Shown here: positions 1 through 18,325 of the stretch, one piece after another | How the letters are laid out: the number at the start of each line of letters is the position of its first letter | How positions within the stretch are numbered: position 1 is the first letter of the stretch | Assembly (NCBI GenBank): GCA_965637545.1 | Contig: OZ281499.1 | Coordinates: 21,142,001 to 21,206,000, forward strand | Source: Phallusia mammillata | Taxonomy: Eukaryota | Length of the DNA: 64,000 bases | Reading direction: 5' to 3' | Notes under the pieces: model-generated | Told to the model about the DNA's origin: nothing | What the model saw: the letters and a program-made list of their open reading frames with translations, nothing else | Databases searched by the model: none | Made by a program: the position numbers and the translations under genes

Positions 1-3000
1 ACAATAAAGCAAATAAGTGGCTTATTTGACAATAAACTTGAGAAAAGTAAAGGCAAAATGTTATGCGCCGCAAACGATATTATCACAAAAAAAGATAAAA
101 GTTTTCCCACATAAAATACCGCCGCTTTTCTCCCTTTGAGCCTACACCATCGCCTTCTTCAAGTGACAATAATGACACGACTGTCCGATCAACCCACAAC
201 ATTATACAACCAACACTTTAGTGCCGGCACTTATGTGGTCAAAAACAACCAATCTCTTCAGTTTAAAGTGCTGACACTGGTTCGGTGATGTAACCATCAT
301 GTATCGGTCGATTAACTCACTTTTCCACCGCAGATGCTGACCAAGATTATGGGTTCTTTGGACAATGCTCATGTGCATACTACAAAAAGTCGTTACTACA
401 ATCGTTCAGCACGCCCGTGTGATAGCAGAAAATAACATGTTTTAAAAGGTTTCGATATGCAAAATTTTTCGGCGTCCGACTGCAATTTTGGTGATGTTTA
501 CAAAAGGTCAGTTTATGTGAATTGGATGTGAACGCCACTACTGAAGGCAATTTGGTTTCTAGTCTAAAATAATGCAGTATTTATACTTATCAGAAGAGGA
601 AATCTTGCATACAATCGTAATCTTCTAAAATCTGACCAGAAAACTTTCCGCTGAACACACATCGGGTTTTTTTACTGTAACATCAGCAAACATGAGGTGT
701 TCGAGCGCTTTACCCTAAACACGCTTGATCGAAACCGCCACGTACGATTCAAGAAAGCCAGCGTTAGGAACAGGTTTGTTTCCCAGGTACGAAGTGAAAT
801 ATAAAACAGATTTGCGCAATTTCGGTACCACGGGCTCTAGAATCATCGCTACATGTTGGGCGAATTCGCAGCCACAAAGCTGTTAGTGTCCGTGGGTAAT
901 ACGATCTTCCTGTGTAAATGCCAGGCGACCTTTTCAAATCCGCATTCCATCGTCTCAAGACCGAAGCCCTAGGTTGTTAATCACCGCAGCCTTCTGAGGT
1001 AAAACAAGTAGAAGGCAAAACCAAAGCAAACTGACTTCACAAAGGAGTGTTGCCGTGTTTAGTGTTGGTCGAGGTCACCACCTTTAACAGTTACGAAGTC
1101 ATCTCAACGTTTTATGACCAAAATGGCATCACGCCTATTTTGTCTGTAGTGTCGTTTTCTCAATATCTATTGTAAGCAATTTTCGCCTGAAAAAAGTGAA
1201 GCCATAAAGGTGTAGCACAGAATTGACAAGGTAACATTATTAACTATCAAGCTTGCGGCGGACATTTTAAGTGGAAACGACTGGTGATGTAATAACTCCC
1301 ACAGCCTACACTTGCCATGGTTTCCACCTTGTCATTCACACCAGAGCACACCGCTAAAATAAACACAAACAATCCAACGAGGTTGAGTCCTCTTAAAGGT
1401 GACTGAACGGTCAAGACCAAGTCTTACTTCATTTATTTGGCCAGGTGGATCAAGCACCCAAAAATATTTAAACGTGCGCCTGATTGGTTATAAAGATGCG
1501 ACTGAACAATGGATTATTAACTCCAATTGGTTTTAATGCTTTTGTCGGCTGTGTAATCATGCTTTAGGTAACGAGCGCGCCTTTGTACAACGTGATGAGC
1601 TAATCACCTTCGGACAATTACCACAAAAACGAAACAATGTTTTTAAAGCCAAGTAGCGCAATTATGGAAAGAGAACCCTCAATATTGTGAGCGTTCACGC
1701 GCTTAATGTAATTAGGCCTATTACAAAAACCACATCCCTTGACACAAGCCGGTTATTATAAAGCATTCTTGGTGCGACGAATTTGCATGTACTCTTCAAT
1801 CGGGAGCTTGTTATAGTTTCGACCATCGTCTACTCCCAAGGGTTGGTATCATACACAGAGCTAATGGCAGGATGTTGGACTGCGTGAGATCTGTAATTGC
1901 AAGTTACTAAGATGGGTTTTGTGGCCAAGAGTTGATTGCTGTGTGGTTTAAAGCAGGGTTTTGTTCATTGTGTTGTGATTATGTGATTAAATAACGTGAA
2001 AAAAACAATTCGGAAGGCTACACGTAAATTCAAAAGTGCACAACATAAATTGCAAATAACCCACTTATTTGTAGTACTGTGGAAGTATTAAAATACAACA
2101 TTTTGACGCAATTGTAGGCTAAAACACAAAAGTTACCGTTTCGACACCTTATAAACGGGTATATTTTTATGTCGTTTACGGACAGTATGATACAACTATG
2201 TCCTACGAAACAGACATAAGACAGCTGGTATTGAAACAGACAGAAGCCAGCTGATATTACTAACAAGGGATTAATCCGCAGTGCGAAAGGTCAAACATAC
2301 GCAGTAAGATAAGAGAAAGATTCTTTATACGTCCGAATTCGGTCCTGCGGTTAATTATAGCGCATTTCGTAAAGTCATGCGGCACCGGTAGCCGAATCGG
2401 TGATTTGGACGAAGCACGCAAAGACACTATCTACGAACAAACCACACATGAACGCAATCAATCAGACTTAAAGGCGGTCAAAACAGTCTGAAAATGCCGG
2501 GTGCGAACGCCAGGTCGCTCGGGTCAAATCGCCACATGTCGGCTACCGCCGCTCCACTGAAATTCTGTTTAATTACTTGCCCCATTTGGGAGAGTGGTTG
2601 CATATGTTTTTAGTCCGTCTAGGCGACATTTTTGGCATCGTGTTAAGTTGTGTTACTTTTCGTTCGATAAAAAAGTTCAGAACTTCCAAGCATTTTAGGT
2701 TGTGGAAAGGTATGTTAGAATTTGGTTGATAACAGCCTCTGTATGCAAATAACAGGACTTAAATTTGCAATGTAGTTTTGCAATAATAGGAGAAATGTGC
2801 AAAAGTAAAATATATTTTTACCCACCAACACCAAGCACCGAAGGATCAAACTGTTTCATTTACATGTTTTAATTTCAAATACAAACGTCAATAAACTTTA
2901 GGGCTACAGATTCACGCCCTTCCATGTATCATAAAAAAGCAAAAGATCTCTTCTCAATATCAACGTGGCAGTGGTCATGACCTTCAATATAATATTTAGC

Positions 3001-4137
3001 TACAATACACTCCCTGGATTCAAACTCCTCGGGTGGTCAAGATGAATGATTATCGATAGCTGTTGGTGGGAGGACGGTGATAAAGTGCGAAGGCGAGTCG
3101 TGATGCTCGGCACGAGTAGGGAAACCGACACCCTGAACCTGCAGAGTCTCAATCGTCGCATTTAAAAGGCGACAGTGCGTACGGCTTCGGGAGGGTCTTG
3201 TGATAAGACAGAAGTGCGTTTCAGTCTTATACCACGTGCGCAAAGTCTGAAAACGCAGAACATTTGAAATAAACAAGCAAAATGTGGCCGGGAAAATTCT
3301 TTACACAACACACTTCATCAGAGGATAGACGCCGGAAGAGTGTTCGAAAACTGAATCACACAGACTGACGAAATAGTTCAACTGTAAGTCACTTGCAGCC
3401 AAAAATTTGACGACTGGATTGTGCTAGACGTTGGACGGAATGCGTGTCAATTGTCAACCCAAAAAATTTCCTAGTGCAATAATGGTGATGCTGTCCAGAA
3501 AGTTTCATATGACTTTTGGGGAATTGTCAAAAGTTGTCTGTGAAAATTTAACTGAAACTTTCCTGTCTATAATCATATACACTGAGTATATTTCTGCTTG
3601 GACTTACATGATTCATATGTTTTGCACAAAATCAGACAGCCTTTCAACAAAAAACTTAAGTTAATTTTATCATATGCCTTAAATGTCGGGAAGTTGTGTT
3701 TCATACCTGTACACAACCCACTTAAAACACTTCACAATTTTGCAATAATCATTTTGTGACAAATACCCGAAAAAAACGATTGAATTTAGCTTTCAAAAGA
3801 GCATCAACAAACTTGTAAACGTAACGTCACTGGCAAAATAAACCAGTCATGTTTAAAAGTTCGCGACAGCAGAAATAATGTCAGGTTGTAAGACGTAAAC
3901 ATGAAATGTCAATATTGCACCCGAACAGCAGTCGAAACTATTTCTACGTATGTTTCTGCTATCTTGTGTGGTTTAACTAAGGGTGCCGGGTAAGAGTCTG
4001 GAGTTTATCTTTACATTTAAAGATAAGAATAGTGCCGACAGCAATAACATGCCCAATACAACAATGCTAGTTGAATTGACCCCTGGAAATTTATAAATTG
4101 TTTATTTAAAGAACTATTATTAAAATTCTTGAGGAAA

Positions 4138-4200
4138 ATATAATGAACAAACTGCCATAATATAATGAACAAACTGCCATAATATAATGAACAAACTGCC
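4138..4200. repeat. 22-bp tandem repeat, about 3 copies (ATATAATGAACAAACTGCCATA)
   Basis: Read directly from the sequence; the third copy is slightly truncated. Confidence 0.9.
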
Positions 4201-6002
4201 ACAACATAAATGACCACAATGCTATTGAAATAGCAGATTTTCAAAACTTTTGTCAACAAATATACATACGGGCCCAATAAAGGTTTGGGCAATTCGACTC
4301 GTTTTTCAATATAATAAGCGTTACAAAATGTTGCGTTCTGAAGGTTACAGTTTATAGGGTAACACGCAATCATTTAGCGCACTGTACCCCAAAACGTACG
4401 AATCACATCACCAACCCCAAAATAGTGCAAACGGGATGTTCGGGTTCAGTTACCCGTCGTAAACCGACCGTATCCAAGAAACCGCTGTTGTAATTATGAC
4501 GCAATGCAAACCGAATGCATACTTGCAAGCCTAAAAACGACATGCAGACGACAGAGTTGAATACTGGTCGAGGTTACGGTCGAACCGCAACTAGCAAATG
4601 CGACAGTCTGAAGATACGTGTCAAGATAAAACAGTCGAGTCGCAAAGTTAAAAAGTCCCGGCGACTATGCGGTTGAGATCAACGTCCGATTAGTCGCAGA
4701 ATTCTCTGCCAACACTTCCGAATCTAAAACCGCATTTTCACGGGCAATGTCGTAGAACTTTTCTCATACATTGCCATCCGAAATCATCAACGTAACTTAC
4801 CAAAAGCGACTGCAGCATTTTCCCCTTTTTTCCTTTCGTCTCTCCTAGCAAGCAGCTTTTTAAGAGCAACGCCGATGGTGATAATCGTCAGTCGAAAGCT
4901 CGGCAACACCAGAGCAAGGTGAAACAAGGATTTAAAACTTGTTCTTAAGTGAACCAAGCTTTGAATTAGGCTTTCAGGAAAAAACGTGTTCAAAGAAAAT
5001 TTCGTTGCCTAAAAAGCAAAACAAACGTATCAATTACGAAGTTTCAAAGAGTCAGGCCAAAGCTAGTATATTAGAAATCAATGCAGTGCGCTTAAATTGA
5101 GTTCATTTCGCTTAATTAGGGAAACATCGTGCATTTCACGTAGGACCATAGAATAGGATGCATTGAATTGTCTTGTTGACGTGTGATTGTGGCCAAGAAA
5201 CTCTGTCTGGCCTTCCTTGAAAGGAAGTTATCAAGGCGCAATTAACAAAACCTTAATTAGGTACCGGCGGTAATTATGACTTCATGGCGCCTGTTTGTAA
5301 AATAAGAAAGTTCAACCCTTACCAAGCAATGCAGACCATCCTATCCTAAGCCACGTGGTACATATTACGCGCATGACTGAGAACGCGGCATGTTCGGCTT
5401 TAATTTGAGACTTCACAGCTGCGCTATTCACGCACAGACTAGAGGTTTAACCGCAATGGCTGTTTACACATTAAACCATATAAAGTGCGCCCATAGTTTA
5501 TTAGGATTTTTCCACAAAATTCTTAGGTATGTAACAGGCTTGAGATGTGACCATCATGATCACAGACAAGGCCCAAATAAGAGCAATATCATTGTCCATT
5601 GTAACGTACAATCACCCCATTGTTAGCCCTAGAACGTTAGACATTTTCGCAGTTCTTCAGCCATTTTGAAGCGATGATTAAAATGCATGCAGCTTCCGTT
5701 AAATCGCATAATTGTGCTGGTGTGAAGAACAATGCACCACCCTGTTATGGTACAGAAAAGGAAGTCCGTAGCAGGCATACACAAAGCTATAGTACTGCAA
5801 AAGCAACATACCAGCAGCTTTGCAGATTGCCTTAGCCTTGGGGCCTCATGGGCTGCGTTTATCGCTACATCTTTAAGCCGCTTAACAAATGTTACCTTCT
5901 TGCATTGCAGACAAACTAACTGAGAACAAACAGCGAATGCTCTGTGCGCGCTGGATTAGCTAACCAAACTATTTATAACACACAAGACAACCCAACCTCA
6001 AC

Positions 6003-8505
6003 ATGGACAACAGACTTGCCATTTGTGCTGCTATTTTTTGCCTAGGTGAGTGCAACAATATTTGTACGACATACGGAAATTTATTTGGCGGGCTTTTTCA
6101 AAACGTTTTTTGGTGAATTAGTTTATTTCACAATTTCGTTTTACGACAAATTAGTTAATGGATTTTTTGTTGCTTTTCAGTACTTTGTGTAATGACTGTG
6201 TCAGCTAAACGACAATGCGATGAGAACGGACGTTGTAAGTATGGTGGCTGGTGCGACAAACTAACCAACACCTGCAGATGTCACTTCAAATGTACCCAAG
6301 AACAATGGAGCACAAACTACTACTGTGGACCTCTTAAAGTAAGTAAAATATTTGATAGCGCTGGTAATAACAAAAGAATTACGACTAAGATACGGTTGTA
6401 TCTTTTCGGTGCAAACAAAAAAGTTTGTCCGAGAAATGTAAGCACAAGATTTAGCAGTTTAATTGCATTTCCGTACCGTGTGCCATTACGTCATTTAGCT
6501 ACTTTTTTACGCATGAATTATTAAACACCGATTGCTCAACTCTGCTGCAAAACCACAAGTCCTAATCAAATTGTTTCTTTCCACAGAACGGATACAGACG
6601 ATACTTTTCGAACCTGTGTAAACTGACGGCTTACGCGTGTGAGAAACAAGAAGATATTCCAATCATAAGAGTCGATGTGACGAAACCCTTTTCGGAAATG
6701 TGTACAAACGAGGAACCCCAAGCTTTATGCAGTGAGCCTGAAGATTTTTGGGGCAGATGTGGTAGTTTCTTTCATCCCAAAGGCAACATTGACGCTGGAA
6801 TTTGCTTGCAAGATGCCTACGCCCAAAAACGTTGCCAGTAAGTATTACCTGTCAGATATTTATCGAAAATTTCGAAAATGCATTAAAATCGGCGGGATTT
6901 TAAGAGATTTTTTCCGTTTGTTGTTTTCGGCCCGCGCATTTAGTTGTGGCGACTTTCTCCCTTAAAGTTTGGCATTGGCCGCATGGGTCCCAATGTTTCA
7001 GTGTTCATGACGTCATCGCTTCGTGACGTATCCATTTCACGAAAAGGTGTCCAAAATAACACCACATCAATCAAAACTGTCAAAACCGCCTAAAACATAC
7101 CAAAGATACACAGTGAAAACTCAGCGCCACGACGCAGCCCAATGAATCAGGGCCAAGGTGGCACACTTCTCAATAGCTGAATAATCGCATATAGGGTTGT
7201 AGCGGACGCTAGGTTTGTGCCACAATCTGACTCATTAAACCTTAAGAGTTAAATTGGTCGAACACTTCAAGCTTTCAATAGCTCAGCACTAGAGTTGGCG
7301 CGAAACCTAATTTGGGTCAAACCAAACTACCAATTAACCGCATTACATGGTTAGTAACTTATGTGGGCAATTTGTGAAGGATGTGAGAAAACGGATACTT
7401 TTATTTTATATCGTGGGAGTGTTTAATGCTTAGTGCAGCAAGTTTGGTGTAAATCATCTTTTCGCATGTGACCTACCACAAAAACGGTTTGTGGGCCAGC
7501 TAACAAGAGGCGCATAGTTGTTGGTTTATTTCAGCAACTACAGACAGCGAGAGGAAACAGGCCCTTGAACTTATGAAATAAGTCTCCTCACTGTGGGTCC
7601 GGATTAATACAGCTGACTCATCGTGTGTTGTTTCTATTCCAGGTGCCCCAGCAGCAAAATGGGATTCAACTGTGAAACCAGGATTAAAGTTCGGTCAGTA
7701 GAAAGCCCCAGTGGTGAAGATTCACAGATCGTAATAAACGATTCCGCGGGCGCTGGCGCCGATGATCAGGTCACTCGTATCGCTGTGTTCGCCGGCATCG
7801 CCTTCGTCGCTTTTGTCGCCTGTGTAGCGCTGTTTGTAAGAAGGTAAGAAAACGTTTTGCATCTGCTGTGGGCAAACTTTTATCATTAGGTAATATAAGA
7901 TAGTTATATTCTTCCCAACAATGCTTGTCGAAACATGTAGATAACGTTTAAAGTACTGGTGTCGAACTTTGCTTTTGCAGTTTTATATCCGCTGTTAACT
8001 ATACTGTATCCGCTGTATCTATAATGTTTAGCTTAAATTAAATGACCGCCAAAGTTTGTTAAAAAACAAATAAAATTTGTCAAGAAGTGTTGATACATTT
8101 ATGATACTTTTTTGAATTTTGCCCGTGCATTTCCGGTTAAGACAATAACATACTGTTCTAAAGAATGTTCAACAAATTAAATTCACAATAAATTGTTCTA
8201 TTTCCAGACACGTGTTTAACCGTCGACAAGCGCTTACGAATGAAAATCACCCGATCGAGTTTAAAGCTCGACCTCACAACATAGCTGACTCGCTTCGTGA
8301 AGCACGTCAGCAGCTTTCAACTTCGCTATCTCATGAGCGCCATCTAGCGGCACGTCAAACTTCGCGGCAGGACGTCGCTGTCAGTTTTACAACCAAAGCC
8401 GATATCAACGAAAACCGGTCGCTTGACACTCTAGCGGTCCTGGACAAACCAAGCGATGACGTATGTGTGAGCTTGTGTACTGACGTCACACATGCTGACG
8501 TATGA
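6003..8505 (+). CDS. Tomoregulin/TMEFF-like type I membrane protein: signal peptide, one follistatin (FOLN+Kazal) domain, EGF-like domain, TM helix and a ~100-aa cytoplasmic tail; 316 aa, 5 exons
   Basis: Manually spliced exons 6003-6045, 6181-6338, 6587-6837, 7643-7843, 8208-8505; all GT-AG, phases consistent, 951 nt. Signal peptide MDNRLAICAAIFCLVLCVMTVSA. Ten-Cys follistatin module CDENGRCKYGGWCDKLTNTCRCHFKC...YYCG...FSNLCKLTAYACEKQEDI...MC, compared from memory with TMEFF CVCQFKC...VCG...NECYL..AACKQQ. Six-Cys EGF module ends CQCPSSKMGFNCE. TM helix IAVFAGIAFVAFVACVALFV is followed by RR. Confidence 0.85.
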
Positions 8506-11500
8506 GATCGTTGGATATCGAATTATGGCGCGAAGTTCCTTACATTTGTTCTTCATATTTTGTCAGCACCGTCTGTTTTACCCGCTTTACCTAAACTGTG
8601 CTATATTTTGGTGCTGACCATCGACGATTCGTTTTACTTGGCCGCTTACTATTTATTGCCATCATTTTATTATCGTTGTTATTGCTGTTATTGCTATTGC
8701 TGTTTTTTTTTATTTATTATTGTTTATTGCAAATGCTATTTATGGAAAATCGACATTAAGTTTATTTACTGCCAAGATTTATGTTTCTTAATGTACACAA
8801 TGTTATTTTTACATATCGGCCGATTCCGCAGTACTGAAAACTTGGTGTTTCAACTATTAAAGTTGGAATACATCAATATAACGTTGTGCATGTGCGATAA
8901 TGATCTACCAATTACAATGCATTTCATTTCTCTCTCTTTATTTTCTTTCTTTCCTTCACAGTGTTACAAAAATTGTATAACTTGCTCTCTGCTGTGCGGC
9001 GGCAAACAAATAAAGTGCTTACTATGTCTCCAAGTCATTATGAAGTGAATCAGAAAAAAAATTAATCAGCAAAAAATCGACCAGAGATGGCGAAAGAGAG
9101 TAATAAGAAATCCCGAAGGCACAGATTCGTGATAAATATTGAGCACATCAAAGAATAGTTGCAATTGATTAACAAAACAATATCTGTGGCCGCGCTTTTC
9201 ATATCTTTATGTTAAAAGTCGGCATTATAGCCAACACAATAAGGCAACTTACCCAAAACTACACTTCGTGCGGCAAAATATAACCTTTTTGTTATTGTGA
9301 CATTGTGTACACAAACGTCTTTACCATCTTTACCGCTCTCAGAAAATACATTAAAAACCATACCGTACCTCAGTTTTATTAACACAAGTCTACAAATATA
9401 GTTAAAAGTTAAACAGCATTACACTTTCTAACATTGGATCTTGGCAAAGTATCAAGTAAAATGTATGAAAAACCTTCGTTACCTGTAGTTGTTTACAACA
9501 AATTAAATCCGAGTTCCTGTGACCAATGCACCATTCCCTCTGCCTTTTCACAAGTTATAGTGAAACAACCAAATGCCGCCGCAATTAAACGCAGCATTTC
9601 TGGTTACAGGCGCCTCATGCCTGTTGCCAATTGCGAAATGATTGCGTAGATTGCTTGAAAAATTGCTGGAAAACTCAGTCGACAGCATGTTGGTGCCGAT
9701 GTAACCGCTCTGCAATTTGGTTGTTGGAAATTCCAATTCCTTGTGATTATATTCATACAAAAGCTGGGAAACTTATATTATTACGCTTCTTTAGACCCCA
9801 AAATTAAAGATTCTTTGGACTACATAAAAAATGTGAACGTTAAGCAGAAATTCATAATGGCAATTTGATTGTGAATTATTTTACATTGAAAACATCAACA
9901 GGACATTGTAAAAACAAACACACGTTACACAATGTTACAAACGACTTATACACTGAAAGCCACTTATATGGTTACAACACACCGTTTGTGTGTAGCAAGT
10001 CCATGTACAACATGAATTATCAGATAACAGGAAGGACGGGGAAATAAGTACATGCTGATGGCTGCAAACAGCATGCAGCGGAGCATGTATGAGCTAAAAA
10101 AATATGACGTTTTTACAGTAGGCAACTGTGTGGTCATGGGCGCCGGCACATATAAGGCAAGAGAGGGCACTTGGACCAATAGAAAAAAAGCAGCTAGAAA
10201 AAGAAATGTGAAAGGTCTTTATTTATGTTTTTTCATTGGACGAGGATGCTCAAAACCGTATTTAGCGATAAACGTCAAATTAAACAGATTTAAGCTTATA
10301 TGAAGTTTGTAAGACAAGATTGTGTTGGTATGTTACGAAACTGTTTTCAAAATCACGTTTTAGTTTATGCTAATTGCCTTGTTAAAGTTTGATATTTAAA
10401 AAAGATTAAACCAAAAAATAATTTCAAATGTTGGTTCACTAAAAAATTAATTTCCGACAAAAATGTTGTTCACCAGTTCGTAGAGAAATTGCCTACAAAC
10501 TTAGGGACATTGACTATTTCCCACAACAACATAACAAAGTCTCACCGAATTTTCGCTTTTGTTTCACAACAGAAACAAGTGCATTTAACAATGTTTCATA
10601 TTTAGTTTAAGGACTAAGAAATCGCGTCCATGGCCGTGTTTCAAATATTTATAAACGATTTTAAGAAACGATGTAACATGACAAATGCACGACAGTTTAA
10701 TGATGTTTAATTTCTCACGTGACCGCTAACACGAAATCGTGCTTGGCGCGACGCAGGGAGTCTGAGAAAGCCAGAGGAATCGGAATATATGTTTAAAAAT
10801 AGTTGAGTAGCAAAGATATGTGTAATAATGCAAAAATGAAATACCGATATTACGTAATGACGGTGGTCTCTAGTATTCGATCAGGAAACTGGAAATTGTT
10901 CTAGTCTTTTTTTGTGTTGTAAATTTTGTATAAATACGGTTTTGTTGATAATGATTTTTATTGGGCTTGCAAGTAAGGCAGCGTAATTCCCATCTAAAAC
11001 AATAGTATGGATGAAGGACTAGAAGAGTTCGTTAAAGAACAGCAACGATTATGTGTAGGTGTACCTTGCTAGCAGATTACAGTGTTTGAGTTTTTAGGAA
11101 CAGTTTTGTTTGACATCTGTATGTTAAAGGTTTAAAATTATGTTTGGTACAAATCAATTGTTTCCCAACAAGGAAAGAATTCCTCCTTTACATGTGGTTT
11201 GTAAATTGGCACTTCAGCTCTGGAAATACAACTTATGAAGTCGATAAAAGACCCAATGTTAAATGATCTTTCTGTGGTTTTACATCTGGTATATGTAGTA
11301 TATTTGGGAGAAATAGAAATGTTTTAATTGGTAAGAAAGGATTTGTCAAGATTTAGGGAACCACTGGTTTAAATGATGAAAAGTTTTCTAAACATACAAC
11401 AATTCGCAACGCAGATATAAAAACAGGATTTAAATTGTTTATGTTTGCTTTTTGGACAAGTATAAGATTTGGCAAAAATTTAATGAACTCGCACTATTAT

Positions 11501-12296
11501 GTTTTATACTCTGTATTACTCTGCAATCTGTATGCAACAACCCTTTTCTGTGGAAAACATTTTTGTTTTTAATAAATCCCCAGATCAGTTACAAGCACGA
11601 TTTGATATTTTTCTTATTTGGTGCAATAATTAGAAATATGCAAAAATGGGCCTAAAATTTCCCTGGCATCACAAGCAGTTGCATAGAATGGTGTAACATT
11701 ATATCGCGATCACGTGAACTAAATGCACGGTTTTTTTACGTTGATGAATCACTCTGCGTGCAGCGTCGGCCATTGAAAGACAGGAAACGCAAAATTCCAT
11801 GAATTGAATTTGAGCAGGAAACTTTGATTCACTTTCAATCTACGGACATTGGTCGCCAGCGGAAACAGTGTTACGTCATTGCGTCGATTGTTTCCCCTAC
11901 GTCATTGGGGGGTGGCGGGTCAGTGACATTGCAAGTATGTGAGAAATGTATATAACAGCGGGTGGTGTGAGGCAGAAACAGACTCTTTTTTTTGCAGCGC
12001 CAGTATAAACTCAGGTTCCTTTTGGCTGGTCAGGCAGGTTTAACGTTAGGATGAAAAGTGAAGTTATAACTACAACCAGATTTACTAAAGAATATATGCT
12101 TTATATTAGAAAATATGTGTTTAAGTTTAAAATAATTGCCAATGTATTTGTTGTTGAGTTTTTTCCCTGAATTTGCAAAAACAAGAAATCAATTTGCATT
12201 GGAAAGTAGAAAAAACATTAAAACTTTTAACTGTGTTTTGCAGATATATAGCTTTTTAACGCATATTTTAGTGGAGAGCATAACTACTGCACAAAG

Positions 12297-18325
<6,029 letters not shown>

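Noticed and set aside
4017-4373. 118-aa minus-strand ORF spanning the 22-bp tandem repeat
   Set aside because: Openness is partly a repeat artefact; AT-rich with no protein features. The repeat has no spacers, so it is not CRISPR-like.
8560-9048. 162-aa Cys/Tyr/Phe-rich ORF
   Set aside because: T-rich, TTA/TTG low-complexity 3'UTR sequence just after the TMEFF-like stop; TTG start, no motifs.
11156-11364. Possible CAGTGGTTCCC-type MITE remnant
   Set aside because: Only the right end (GGGAACCACTG) is clear; the left TIR and TSD are too degenerate to support a call.
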